A DNA stretch of 63,104 nt, filler included, from Collodictyon triciliatum (taxonomy: Eukaryota), in the NCBI GenBank assembly GCA_043381765.1. It is 14 parts of 14 records of this genome, joined end to end, with 100 filler letters (N's around TTAATTAATTAA, not from the genome) between each part and the next. Parts side by side here need not be neighbours in the genome. Positions count along the whole stretch, not along the records: positions 1 to 4,616 come from JBHJMP010005916.1; positions 4,717 to 9,330 come from JBHJMP010005917.1; positions 9,431 to 14,042 come from JBHJMP010005918.1; 11 more parts are not named here. One strand, written 5' to 3'. The notes under the pieces are model-generated. The model ran no database searches. It was not told the origin of the DNA and saw only the letters and a program-made list of their open reading frames with translations. This document shows positions 1 through 11,593 of the stretch, one piece after another. The stretch's first letter is position 1, and each line of letters opens with the position of its first letter. The position numbers and the translations under genes are program-made.

Positions 1-176
1 CAAAACAAAACAAAACAAAACAAAACAAAACAAAACAAAACAAAACAAAACAAAACAAAACAAAACAAAACAAAACAAAACAAAACAAAACAAAACAAAA
101 GGACTCATTTACCCCAAACAGGAATACTAGAATGTCACAGGAATAAGAGTGCTTATTTATTTATTTTTCCATCCAG

Positions 177-2263
177 ATTACAAAACCGACACAAAGATGA
201 GCCACACAACATAAGGAATCCATTTACATCCCTTGTTCAATTTTATCCCGTTGCATACCCCATACCCAAAAGTATGTCCAAGACATAACCACTATATATA
301 ATTCGTCAATATCCATGGTTCCATATATAGTTTGAAGCGCTTTCTTACTTAGATTCTATTTTCATACCTTTTAAAGGATACAGGAAACCATCCAACACTA
401 TCATCACTGCCGATGGCTATCCACTTCTATTTCGTTTCTTAAAGTCTCCGTGTGTTCTGATTCGTGGAGTAATGGAGGCTAATGTAATATCCAAATGCTT
501 TGCATTGATATGATTTTAACATTATTGTAATACTATCTATTTCTGTCTTCATACCATTTCAACTCTAGGAACTACAATTTCATGAAAAATTAAAACGGGA
601 TTCTTTTTGGAGATGGTTTTTTTTTAATTTTTTTTGGTTAAACACACTTTTTCCCTATATTCCTATTTAAGGGTCTTCTGGAAACATCACTTGACGACTG
701 GACTGTCGGGTGGTCTGGTAGATATTTAAATTTTTCAAGATTTTGTCAACCTTAGAATGAACTAGGCCTGTCATTGTAATTGAAATATTTAATATATCAA
801 CGGCATCCATTAGGAGCGCAGATGAAACCTTTGTTCTATCGCTCATTGCAATTTCATCAGGTTGTGCGATGTGTTTCACCCCAATCTCTATACACACAAG
901 GGAAAACAAACTTTCACTGAGAATTTTTTCCCTTTATTCGTACTTTCACTGAGAAATAAATTATGATAACTTAATTTCATTCAACAGAGATTCAACCATT
1001 TTCCGAGAAGCTCAGAATTAACACGAAAAGATAGATTATGTGTAAATATTCAAAAGATGAAATCAATCCATGGATATCGGGTAAGTTATAAAAGCTGAAT
1101 GTGTAAATAAAAAGTATGCTATTTCTTATTCAAATTGGTTGATATTGCAATTTCGTAAGCTTTAATTGCCGTCATTTGAATACGCTCGTTTTTTTTATCT
1201 CTCAAATACGCATTTTGAAGGCCTTATATCTAAGGACTGAAAAAAACAATAATCATTTTACTAGGCATTTGATATCATCCCTCGAACTTACATTCTACCA
1301 AAAGAATATGACGTAATCGAAAAAATTGTCCAATCTGTATATATTGAAATAAACTTTTACATAATCCTATAAATGGATACCAACATACTAAAGATTGGAC
1401 ACTATTTCATTCATTCTGAAAGTTGTTCTACCAAGACGCCGAAAGGCACACTGGTTCTATATGGATATCGAAGCCAAATTGCTCGTCGAGAGGTTTTTTT
1501 TTTTGAAGGATTAAAAATGTATCTTTTTTTTCTTTACTCTATTGATCCTTCAATAGGTAAAAATTCATCGACGCTTTATATTCTCTTTTTTCCACTATGT
1601 AATCAGTTGAGTGAAATAAATGTATCCAGTCTTTAGAGATAATTTTTGAATAACCCTTTAATATCTGAAAAATTCTATTATTTGATTTTTATGTCACAAA
1701 GGTCGAGGAATTTCCATGATATCACACCCTGATGAAGTTGACCCCGAAAACAGTTGTGTTATATCACGGTATATAATTTATCATATTTAGAGTTCCTTCA
1801 TATATAAATCAGAATTTCGATATTAAATGCCATCAGTGCCGTTTTCATGGATCAAAATTTGCAGATATTTAGTTTCAAGGATTTTTTTAAATAATAAAAT
1901 AACATAGTTACGTCGAGCATCCGTTTCTGATTGATGGCTATAAATTTGATCTTCGCATATATGTTGTTGTGACATCATTTGACCCGCTTCGGGTGTATTT
2001 ATACAATGAAGGATTAACTCGATTTTCGACTGAAAAGTAAAACTCAAATCTTACTATTCTCGGATTTTTTATAAAAAAAACCCACAGATTGTAAAATCTT
2101 TATGGTTCTATCATTATTAATATATGATTCAACTTTTATCTTTTAAACAATCCTTCACCTAGGTATAATACAACCGATAAGGACATCGAAAATTTTTTTG
2201 TCCATTTGACCAATTACAGGTATTGAGCTTTCATCTAGATGTACTCATCCTTCTTAAAGTACG

Positions 2264-2305
<42 letters not shown>

Positions 2306-4448
2306 ACAAAAACAAAAACAAAAACAAAAACAAAAACAAAAACAAAAACAAAAACAAAAACAAAAACAAAAACAAAAACAAAAACAAAAACAAAAACAAA
2401 AAAGCATAACCCATTTATTTTCATACCTCTATTCTCACGGTTTTTAATCAACCAAAATACCACTTTCTAATATCGCTTCGTAATACTGTAGCATCAACAA
2501 AAATAGTCAGAATTTCGTTGCAAACACAAATGCTGACGCAGACGACGTTGGAAGTAAATGGTCAGCATTTAATCAACAAATATATACACTAAAATAACTG
2601 ACATAGTTACCTCAGAATTCGATCGAAAGTAAAAAACAACTAAGAGTACAAAAAGAAGATTTTTTCATTGAATATATAACCCCACCACTTTTGCATTTTT
2701 TCACTTGTATTATATAATAATTTTAAACCCAAGGAGTCTTTCGGCATTCCGGAGATACCTCACAAAACACAACCATGATGTGAATGAGCTATTTAGGAAA
2801 ATCAAAACTTTGATACTAAAGGTAATTTTTTTTCGATTTGTTGTTATAATCAATAATTTTTTTTTGTACTTTTGAGAGAAAGCTTTAACTGAAATAGAAA
2901 ATAATATCTCTTTTGAATTGAATGGTCAATTTATGTCTTGAGTACATGCACTTTTTTTTTTAAAAAAAATCTTGCTCTAAATGAAGATTGATTTTTTCTG
3001 AATATTACCAACCAGAGTCTTATTTCAGTCGAAGATATTGTATCTGGAGCAGTTCGAAGTTTTGTTCCATATAGGTTTTTATTGCAACTGGCATAACGTC
3101 GTTTTTAAATGTACCATGTTCCAGCAAAACGGATAAGAAAATTCTTTATTTGTAACGTAGCGGCATTAACGATTTATTGTTTACTGTAGGAGAAATTGCT
3201 TTGAAATATATGGGTACGATATAATCATAGACAAGGATCTGAGACCATGGTTGCTTGAAGTAAATCTGTCTCCTTCACTTTCGTGTGATTCCCCGCTAGA
3301 CCATAAAATTAAAGTAAGGGGTTTTATTTACTTATTGATCAAATCCAATCAGATATCATACGTATAGGAGGGCTGCATATATATATTTGCAATCATCTCA
3401 ATATTCCATTCCCTAATGAAGTAAGATACATTGTTTCTATGGCTAATTTTTTTTCAAGTCTAATTTGATAGCAGATACGTTCAATCTAGTTGGAATCATG
3501 GTAACTACTCTCTTTCTTTTTATCTTCCCAATTGTAATTTTAATTGAATGAATCATATCCCAACGAAATATTGTGAAATTATCCTAGACAGACTTTCGTT
3601 TGGAACATGCCGTGCCTATGGCATCTCGTTTAGCTATCTATTATGTTTGTCTTAGTTTTATCCTGGGAAGTTGATCACCTCCATTACCATTATTTATGCG
3701 CACGAATGTAAATACAACTAGTAAAATAAGTAATATTTTTTTCTTCACTTCAAAAGAACGGGCGCATAAAGTCTTCACCTGCTGAGAATAAGGCACTGGT
3801 CAAGTACGAATACCCTATTTCATTTTTTGAGCTTACGCAGAATATTTTTGAGTGTAGTTGTAATATGAAATGCTCAGTTAAAATACGATTTGAAACAAAA
3901 ACAATCAGCTGGTTAAGATTGATATCGATACACTCTATATTATTCTATTATCATCTTAACATAAAAAAAAAAGGGAGTTTAAGGAAGAGCTATCTCGGCT
4001 GCGCAACTTTGAGCTGATATTTCCATCTGAAGAATTTTCGCACCTATCTCAATATTTTGATGGAGCACGTTCGGGAAATGATTTACTACTGCAGCATATT
4101 TTAAAGTAAATCATGAAAATATTCGCCCAAAACTTTACTTGCTCAAAAAAAATTAATATGAATAATTTTATCGAGTATTAATATACGATGCTCTATTCCA
4201 AATATAAGAATGTATAAGGTCTGCCGTTTTTTAAAGTGTGGTGGTTTATTCCTTCTAAAATTCTCTTATATTCACCAGAGAGCGTCAGGATACCGCAGTT
4301 TCGCTAGATACTAGGTTGGGTTGTTTCTGATGGTTCATATTATTTCCAAATAATATTATACTTTTGCGCTTACTTTTTCTTTAAATAAAAACTCATTCAG
4401 TCCCAAACTGCATCATCGTCAGCAAACCAACCAAGTAAAGGAGAAAAA
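177..4448 (+). CDS. Tubulin polyglutamylase, TTLL5/TTLL4-like (multi-exon, partial at both ends)
   Basis: Spliced exons translate to [17 protein letters not shown] (~989), [48 protein letters not shown] (~1910-2035), HLTNYSINK, and [39 protein letters not shown] (~3190-3313). These are the TTL-domain core motifs. A stop at 4107-4109 can be bypassed by in-frame downstream exons. Confidence 0.93.
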
Positions 4449-4616
4449 GTATGGCCTTACTGAATTTATGTTGAAATCGTGAAGGATATCGAACCTGCCA
4501 CCTACTTTATAACAACAATACCAACAATACCAACAATACCAACAATACCAACAATACCAACAATACCAACAATACCAACAATACCAACAATACCAACAAT
4601 ACCAACAATACCAACA

Positions 4617-4716
4617 NNNNNNNNNNNNNNNNNNNNNNNNNNNNNNNNNNNNNNNNNNNNTTAATTAATTAANNNNNNNNNNNNNNNNNNNNNNNNNNNN
4701 NNNNNNNNNNNNNNNN
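4617..4716. other. Artificial contig-joining spacer (first of 13)
   Basis: N44-TTAATTAATTAA-N44, which has stops in all six frames. It recurs at 9331, 14043, 18757, 23469, 28178, 32887, 37595, 42302, 45788, 50495, 55192 and 59895, each 100 nt long. Confidence 0.99.
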
Positions 4717-5637
4717 TTTGTCTATCCTTTTGCTCTTCCCCAAGCTACATATTGTATATCGGCTTTATTTTATTTTCTTGAAACCCTACGAATAAAAAAT
4801 AACAACCAGGATACAACCTCAAAAGCTGGCTCGATGGTGCGAATGAGACCTGTATATTTTGATAAGCGCCTCTTTGCTACCCCCCAAACATGTTTCCTAA
4901 TGATACAAATTAAAAAAAAGCGTCCACCTATACCAAATATCAACCGTGTGTTTGTTTCCTTGTTTATTCGTGGCCGTGAAAATTTTTTTCCCAAGGATCG
5001 ATCTGATCTATACCTCACAATGTGAATAAATAAAGTGATTACACAAAGAGACAGGGTTGAGAGGAACAATAAAGAAAAAAAACGAATAAGAAAAAAGAGT
5101 CCTTTGCTGAGAAATAAGCACACTGAGGCAGAAAAAGGACACATTCTTCAGAAAATAATATTATTACACTGGCGTTCTTTCCTTCTTCTCCCAACACACC
5201 ACATTCTGAAGCTGAAAGAAAAAACACGCAAGCGATCAGAAAGAGCGATCCCGAGAAGTATGAGACCGCCTACCAGGAGACCGACACCTATGAACGCCTA
5301 CTGATCGACGCAAACCGAGAAGGCCGACGCAGCCATCCTGGAGAGCGAAAAGGTCACTTGACCGCATCCCTTGCAACACAGGTTATGCACCGAGACACCG
5401 ACGATCAGGGCGCCAGCTGCCACTGACCTGTGAGTACAACAAACTACTAATAAGACGGAGCGAGCTATTTGAAACAAATAATATTAATATTAATAGTAAA
5501 GGGTAATAAAAAAGATGGAGCTCTTTGAAACAAATGATAATAACGATAATAACGATAATAACGATAATAACGATAATAACGATAATAACGATAATAATAA
5601 TAATAATAAAGGGGAATAAAAATGACCTATAAGCTCA

Positions 5638-5693
5638 AGCCATCGGCCCACAGGCAGCAAGATTATTATGATTATAGTGCTCAGTATTGGTTG
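5638..5693 (+). repeat. Dispersed repeat, copy A
   Basis: Ungapped 56-nt match to 39732-39787 on another contig, 44/56 identical by manual count, with shared core TATAGTGCTCAGTATT. Confidence 0.6.
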
Positions 5694-6169
5694 CTCTGAT
5701 TCATCTTTTCTTTTTCTTTTTCTTTTTCTTTTTCTTTTTCTTTTTCTTTTTCTTTTTCTTTTTCTTTTCTCATTCAGCCTGCAAATGGATAAACTTCATT
5801 GCAAAGGTTGTGACGAACTTGGTTTTACCCCTTTCAAGGCACACCACTTTTTATAAAACGAAAGTGTACCAATATATGCATAGCAGTTTATTGCACAGAA
5901 AACCATCGAATTAAATCTGGATTGACAAAAGCATGAGCTTTGATAAATCCAAGAAAGAACCTGAATAATATAATAGTATGATTAGAATATATAATAAGGT
6001 AAAAAATACTTAGTAATTTCATTATATTCCTGTAATCAATTTATATTTTATTTCCATTATGCAATATTAATTCTTTAAAATTCAAAAATACAAACAAGCC
6101 CTTGCCTTGGCCCAGACAGAACCCTACTTTTAAACCTACCACCAAACATGCATTTCAGAAAAGCATACT

Positions 6170-6290
6170 ATCCACACTTGCGGCGGTAATCATGTTGTTT
6201 GGGCCGATATATTGACTTTCAATCGCAATGGCTATACGGCCGCCCTTTCGAACTCGCCGAATCAGCTCTCAGCGTTTTGTCTCAAATCAC
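6170..6290 (-). pseudogene. Possible SAM-methyltransferase exon fragment
   Basis: The minus strand reads DKTLR/ELIRRVRKGGRIAIAIES with a frameshift, after an acceptor-like tttctttttgtaag. It resembles the E..RVLKPGG motif. Weak. Confidence 0.25.
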
Positions 6291-6454
6291 TTACAAAAAG
6301 AAACTTGGTGAGTTTGTTTGCCACAATGCGCACACTTTGAAAGTCTCGGTAGATGCTTAGTTTTACCTAAATTGATTTTGTGCAGTTTTTTCGTTGTTAA
6401 ATTGACTGATTGACTGATTGACTAAAGTTTTATTAAAATTGAAAACTCGGTAGT

Positions 6455-8330
6455 TTTCTAAAGGAAAAAGTAAAACAAAGACTTTCAGACGAAGAAAAGA
6501 AAACGCCTTGAGTCGGAGAATCTAAAGTCTGTAAAAACAGACTACCGAAATGTGTAAACATCTCTGGATTCGATTGTAAATAATGCGGATGACTATGAGA
6601 AAATTAACGATACGGTTTTATTGTATCATAATTTTGTTACCGACACTTATCTGTTTGAAACATGTTACATATTGAAATCACAACAGCTCCCAACAATCGA
6701 TGAAATGGTTTTTTTTTGTACGTTTTAAAGACAGTTCAGAGTAGTTTCACAAGGTAGACCAGCAAGTTTAAAAAAAAAAAAATACCAGAAAAGGGCTATG
6801 ACATGATTACTTTTTATCTCTATGATTTTCGATCCCTTTTGTCCCGAGAAGAACGCTTTCCTTGGTTGGACTGTCTCATGCATTACCGTACTTGGCGAAG
6901 CAAGTGTTAACAGCTTATCATAATAACATTAAGGAGCATTTTGTAAAGAGGTTATTGTGCTTTACAAATCAAACAGTACCTAAATATGAGAATATGACGG
7001 AAGCTATTAAAAAGGCAGAGTTACGAAAGTTAAAAAAGCCGTCTTTAAGAAACTCGAAATATCGGAATAATATAAAGGATGGGCTAAAATAAATTTGAAT
7101 CGTATCATTCCCAGCGATATTGTAAATGGTATCGAATATGACGTCAAAGCCAATCCAAGTAAGTACATTCCATGTCTCATTTGCATGAATCGCATTTTTG
7201 GGGAAATTGGAGCCAAACTGTTTCAATCAATATCTATAAGAAGTAACAATATACCATGTCATATTACTCCAGATACTGCATGTTTGATATATCTATTAGT
7301 GTCAGGTCGAAAATCATTATTAATGAAGAATATATCAGGATGCAAAGAGACACTATGGGATAAGTTCTTTGAAATGAAGAAGAGGGTCTTCATCAAAGAG
7401 GCTACAATTTTAAATGCACGACACAAACAGATGCCTTGGCGGCGTCATTATTGTTTGAAAAGAAAGGGATTTCAAATTCAAAATCCAAATATAACCAAAA
7501 CAACCCAAGAATATGTTTATATAGACGAACTTTCCGAAGAGCATTTATCTTTATTAGCGGAAAAAAAAATAGTTGGAGTGGGCGCAGGCAAGTTTAATTT
7601 TGTTTACATGGTGGATGAGACAGGCAAGAAATTACGTTGCACGGCACACCAAAGAAGACATGATAGCAAATCTCTTTAAAATCACAAATTACTCTTGCGA
7701 AAAAAAAAAAGTACAATTATTCAGCGATATACATGGCAACAGGTTTACAATGTGCTGTTTCTTTTGTTCCCCTGACTTTTGAAGAGAATCAGTAGTTTGA
7801 GACATTAAGAATATCTTTAATCGATTTAGAGACAGAACTGAGTAAACATAATTCATGCACGGTCGATTATGAATAATTTCGAACATATGTATCTGTGAAA
7901 TCAAGATACCAGATAGAACTACCTAGATTTTATGACATGATAACTTTTTGAAAGATGATATGGAGACAGTATGTTCATACAAAAAGAAGTGAACAGTTGT
8001 TTGTGGACCGAATGGAAAAGACATTTGGCAAGGATGTTGTAATGACGTATGGAGACTGGAGCAGAAAATGTCCGATGAAACATTTTATTGCCACAATCGG
8101 AAGAGGATTACGAAAAATACTGTCCAAACGTTTTGAAGCAGTTAGCGTAGACGAATTCTAAACCTCCAAGATATGTTGTAACTGCGAAAAAGAACTGGCA
8201 TATATGAAACTGAAAGGAAATTCAAAAAAAAAGTGTATAGAGGTCTCATATGTAAAGAATGCAATCGCTCAGAAAGCAAAGTGTATTCTTGACAAGGGAC
8301 TTTAACAGCGCTAATGATATCCCAAGAAAG
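6455..8330 (+). pseudogene. Fanzor1 (eukaryotic TnpB-derived RNA-guided RuvC endonuclease), decayed
   Basis: Intronless, and colinear across frameshifts and stops: N-term DYRNV*TSLDSIV..KINDTV..VTDTYLF; LPYLAKQVLTAYHNNIKEHFVKRL; RuvC-I IVGVGAGK (D>G at 7581-7583); WRQYVHTKRSE; YGDWS; RuvC-II SVDEF*TSK (8150-8170); zinc finger CCNC...CKEC; RuvC-III FLTRDFNSA (D at 8298-8300). Confidence 0.9.
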
Positions 8331-8349
8331 GTCTTTTAGTCCTTCAAAA

Positions 8350-8495
8350 TATGCCTACACCTCTCTTTAAAAAATAGGCTGTTGGGTCTTTCCTGGCGGC
8401 CTTCACCACTACACGGCCTTTATGAAAAAAGTGGTGAGACCTTGGATACTAGTGCACCAAGTTTACTAATCGAAAGATTCGTATACCCCTTCTAG
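8350..8495 (+). ncRNA. Candidate Fanzor omegaRNA scaffold / element right end
   Basis: Consecutive stems directly 3' of the ORF: GCCTA/TAGGC (8353-57/8375-79), TCACCACT/AGTGGTGA (8403-10/8430-37), CTTGG/CCAAG (8441-45/8457-61), and GTTTAC-T-AATC-GAAA-GATT-C-GTATAC (8461-86, GNRA loop). Confidence 0.6.
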
Positions 8496-9065
8496 TAGTA
8501 AATAAATGTTTGATTCTGTCCTTTTCTAATAAACAAATACAAGAACGTTCCATTCTCAATACATGCAAACTTTTTGCTGTCAAACCAAAAACCGGATATG
8601 TTGCGTACGGATGCTCTCGTTCCGTGGTCTCCTGTCATTTCCGTGATCCCCAAAGCAAAAGAACCATAACGTGGCTGTGGCATCCAAAGCCTGGAGCGGG
8701 ACGAACATACATAAGAGAAACATAGCCGGGATCAAGCAGTGTGAACATAAAGCTAGAGTGAGGCCATTGGAGCGAGTTCGATCTTTTGTGTTAAGCCACA
8801 CCTTCGCTTATACCTTCCTTTACTATGGCGGCCTCTCTTTCATCTAGTGATACGTACTTGAAGTCGTCGGGGTCTTTTCATTTTATTGCTTGCTTGCTTG
8901 CTTGCTTTCCTTTTCTTTTTTAAGGAAAAAACCCTAACATACTGGAAGTTTATAAGGAGAAAGGAATATAGAAGAGGTATTTTATTCGTTGAGACGATTT
9001 GCTTCAACAGAGGCTCTAAGCGGAAAGAATTCTACTCGAGGCGATTGGCTTGGTTTCTGGAAAGA

Positions 9066-9132
9066 ATGGAGACATCAGAAGAACTGGTTCTTCAGATTCA
9101 ACAGCAGCAACAAATAATCGAAAGGCTCAGCG
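9066..9132 (+). CDS. Possible first exon of a coiled-coil protein
   Basis: METSEELVLQIQQQQQIIERLS followed by a GT donor; the contig ends soon after. Confidence 0.3.
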
Positions 9133-10040
9133 GTATATGTAAGGTTGGTGTGACTTCTATAAAACTTGGCCCCCTTTCCTCCTGCTGTAACTCACAACGC
9201 CGGTCACTAGGATTATTCATATCCATATTTATTCTTTCCTTTTTTCTTTCCTTTTTTCTTTCCTTTTTTCTTTCCTTTTTTCTTTCCTTTTTTCTTTCCT
9301 TTTTTCTTTCCTTTTTTCTTTCCTTTTTTCNNNNNNNNNNNNNNNNNNNNNNNNNNNNNNNNNNNNNNNNNNNNTTAATTAATTAANNNNNNNNNNNNNN
9401 NNNNNNNNNNNNNNNNNNNNNNNNNNNNNNAAAACAAATAAAACAAATAAAACAAATAAAACAAATAAAACAAACAAAACAAACAAAACAAACAAAACAA
9501 ACAAAACAAACTAAACAAACTAAACAAACTAAACAAACAAAACAAAAAAAAAACGAAACAAACAAAACAAACAAAACAAACAAACTAAACAAACAAAACA
9601 AACAAAACAAACAAAACAAACAAACAAAACAAACAAACAAAACAAACAATCATACTGAGGTTACCTTGTAATTACAAGACTTTTTTTTTACCAGAAACTC
9701 ACGCAACATGACTGAGGCGCTTCAATCTGCGCTGTCGAGCCTCAGCCGCGTAAGCTGTTCCATTCATATTTTTCTACTTTTATCCCCGGTTCTTCTTAAG
9801 ATGGAAGAATATTGTGAAAAAAAAAAGAAAGCAAGAATTAAAAATGTAAGGGGGGGGGGGGGGGTTAGGGGAAAGGGAAAAAAAAAAAAAAAAAAAAAGA
9901 GGGGGGGGGGGGGGGGGGTTATGGAGAATGGCAACAAAAAAAAAGTGAAAAAGGAAACGCAAAAACTCAGGAATAACTTGACGAGCCAGCAAGTGACAAC
10001 TGATTTCTTTTTCCGCTGCTGACTTGATTGTCTCTCTCAG

Positions 10041-11519
10041 GGGAACAAGATATGGGTTCCCTCCAATGAGCATGGATGGATTCATGGCGAGATCGACGAG
10101 GTTCGCACTGGAGCTTATGTGGTCCGCACCGAACACGGTTTCGTTGTCATGAAGTATGGTAAATTATAATACTCACCAAAGAGGTCCTTCGACGAAGGAT
10201 CTCTGCCTACTACCTTGATCATGTCTCATCATCGAGACTAAAGAAATCTCAAACAAACATACCATGCTCCCGTTCATTATTATCATGTGTATTTCATATA
10301 AATCTTTCCTTGGTGAATTGATCCAATAAAATACTCGTAGGGTCGCTAGAGACGGGGGGCTGGTTGTGACGAAAGAGGACGGAGCTGTACTCTAAATTCC
10401 TTCTTATTAACTCTATGTTGAATCTTTCGTTTTAATATCTGTATCGGAGGATTTTTTCTTATCTGCCTTGTTCCACACACGCAGCCCTTTGGATCCTGCA
10501 CGACGTTGCACCATTACAAGTAACCACGCCACAGTACTTTAGACATATCATTTATCATTACCCTTTATTTTCTCCTCGTAACCCTCATCCACCAACCTAG
10601 CCACGCACCTAAACAATTTTTTTTTTAAAAAAAGGAGAGAATAAGGGGTCTAGTGAGGTCAGTGTGCTATATAAGATACCATTCTTCTCACCTTCATTTT
10701 TCTCCTTTTCTCTTCCCCACAAATAGACCCGCCGACCTTGATGACCCCCCAAACGACTTGACAAACATATCAGACTTGCACGAAGCTTCGATTTTGGGAT
10801 GCCTTCGCACCAGATACGCTAATTCCAAGATATACGTGAGCTTATATAAATATATTCCGTCTGTTATTTTTCTGTCCGATTTACGTTTTGACTGTCATTT
10901 TTAAGACTAATATCAGGCCATGATGGTACTATTTTCTATTTTCTCAAACATTTTCAATTCATTCTGGTATTTGCGTGTCTTGGGCGGCCTCTTATTGTAT
11001 ACTAATGTCCATCACGGGACCGTAATAGACCAACGTTGGAATGGTTTGTTGCTTAATTGCCTCTTAATTTTACCTACCTACCATCACCCTTGCCAATTTG
11101 ACATATAGAACTCCATATTAATCGCGAAAGAATGATTTCAGTGGTTTCTCCAAGGTCTTTTCTCGGAATAGATCTCTAACCTAATCCATTCATTTATTAT
11201 CGCGTGTCACAGATCCTCCTGGCTCTGAATCCTTGGAAGTCTGTTCCTCACTTGTATGACGAGGCTACCTACAAGACATTTGAGAACTGCAAACTCGACG
11301 AAGTCCCGCCTCACCTTTACAAGATTAGTGAGGAGGCCTTCAGGCGCTTGATATCTGGTAACGGACTTTAAATCACATGTACATGTATCATACATCTGAT
11401 AATTTCGAGCTACCTCATTCGTTGTTTATAATATTTTACATGTTCGGACAATTATCCACGAAATATGAAACATACACATCGGAAATAGTGGTTATGCTTC
11501 TGTTCGCTGTGCTTGTTCG

Positions 11520-11593
<74 letters not shown>

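Noticed and set aside
2223-2463. Low-complexity ORFs (poly-KQ, FV, IP, KR, N, Y, E and similar) here and at 4479, 13890, 18188-18812, 29375, 37639 and 54012
   Set aside because: They are translations of intronic or contig-end microsatellites, not genes.
4661-4672. TTAATTAATTAA palindrome recurring about every 4.7 kb
   Set aside because: It is embedded in Ns as a synthetic six-frame-stop linker, not a biological repeat, TSD or CRISPR repeat.
9066-9749. Joining the contig-2 coiled-coil exon to the myosin upstream exon
   Set aside because: They are separated by an artificial spacer and the intron phases are incompatible.
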